Assembly: GCF_001194135.2 (NCBI RefSeq) | Contig: NC_068985.1 | Location: 81,478,639 to 81,542,638, forward strand | Direction: 5' to 3' | DNA from: Octopus bimaculoides | Lineage: Eukaryota | Length of the DNA stretch: 64,000 nt | Part shown: one piece after another, positions 63,377 through 64,000 of the stretch | Layout of the letters: every line of letters begins with the position of its first letter | Position numbering within the stretch: position 1 is the stretch's first letter | Translations under genes and position numbers: made by a program | Notes under the pieces: generated by a model | The model's database searches: none | Told to the model about the DNA's origin: nothing | Seen by the model: only the letters and a program-made list of their open reading frames with translations

Positions 63377-63414
<38 letters not shown>

Positions 63415-63419
63415 TTCAG

Positions 63420-63625
63420 TTAGGGAAGTGAAGGAAATCAGCAAAAAAATGGGCAATTGGAAAGCCTCGGGACTAGATGGAGTTCAAAGCAACTGGATTA
63501 AAAGATTTGGTGAATGTCATGTACGAATAGCTGAACAATAGAAATCAGGAGAGGCATCTTGCAAGGGGACTGCCTCTCTCCATTAATCTTTGTACTGTAC
63601 ATGGTGCCACTAACACTGATTCTGA
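63420..63625 (+). pseudogene. R4-type RT fragments
   Basis: EVKEISKKMGNWKASGLDGVQSNWIKRF (WKAPGPDG-like) fused to QGDCLSPLIFVLYMVPLTLILRK. Confidence 0.75.
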
Positions 63626-64000
63626 GGAAATCATTATTATTATTATTATGTTGTTTTTTTTTCTTCTTTCTTCAAATTTTCTTCCATTTCTCGCCGAGTG
63701 TTTACCGTACACCTAGGGCAGAGAAACTCGTTGTATGCATTCCCAGTTTACACACGCAAATTCACAGGTAAAACATGTATTTAAGAAAAAAAAAAATTCA
63801 TGAATGGATGTTGTTTTCACAGCGATAATGCTCTTCTCAGTACATGAGTCGTTCCAGTTAGCACGATTTTTTGCACTTCTTGTAGGGATGGTAAGCCTGG
63901 TATCATTTTCAAATAGGTTTCAGTACCTTTTTTTTATCATTCCTAGAGAGCCTACAATCACTGGTATGGTAGTCGCCTTGAGGTGCCACATTTTTTCAAT

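Overview
AT-rich, microsatellite-dense animal genomic DNA from a gapped short-read-type scaffold; most N-runs sit inside (AT)n/(GT)n tracts. The repeat repertoire looks like octopus or another coleoid cephalopod (inference from recalled repeat families, not a database hit). It includes tRNA-headed SINEs with CORE- and Meta-like bodies, RTE, L1/Tx1, R4/Dong-type LINEs, Penelope-like elements (PLEs), Helitrons and Tc1/mariner pieces. No intact, nameable host gene is evident. Most entries in the ORF track are microsatellite or N-gap artefacts, and every recognisable coding stretch is a decayed transposon. The most interesting signals are four. (1) A tRNA-headed SINE-like element carrying a minimal type I hammerhead ribozyme of the PLE type (2074-2322, second partial copy at 1-110). 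(2) A separate ~507-bp tandem, hammerhead-containing, retrozyme-like PLE derivative (23341-24160). (3) A tandemly duplicated candidate 36-nt micro-exon pair with preserved splice sites (8059-8311). (4) An unusual number of long foldback elements, including a ~96% identical 428-bp palindrome (57487-57914). Coordinates of decayed elements are approximate.
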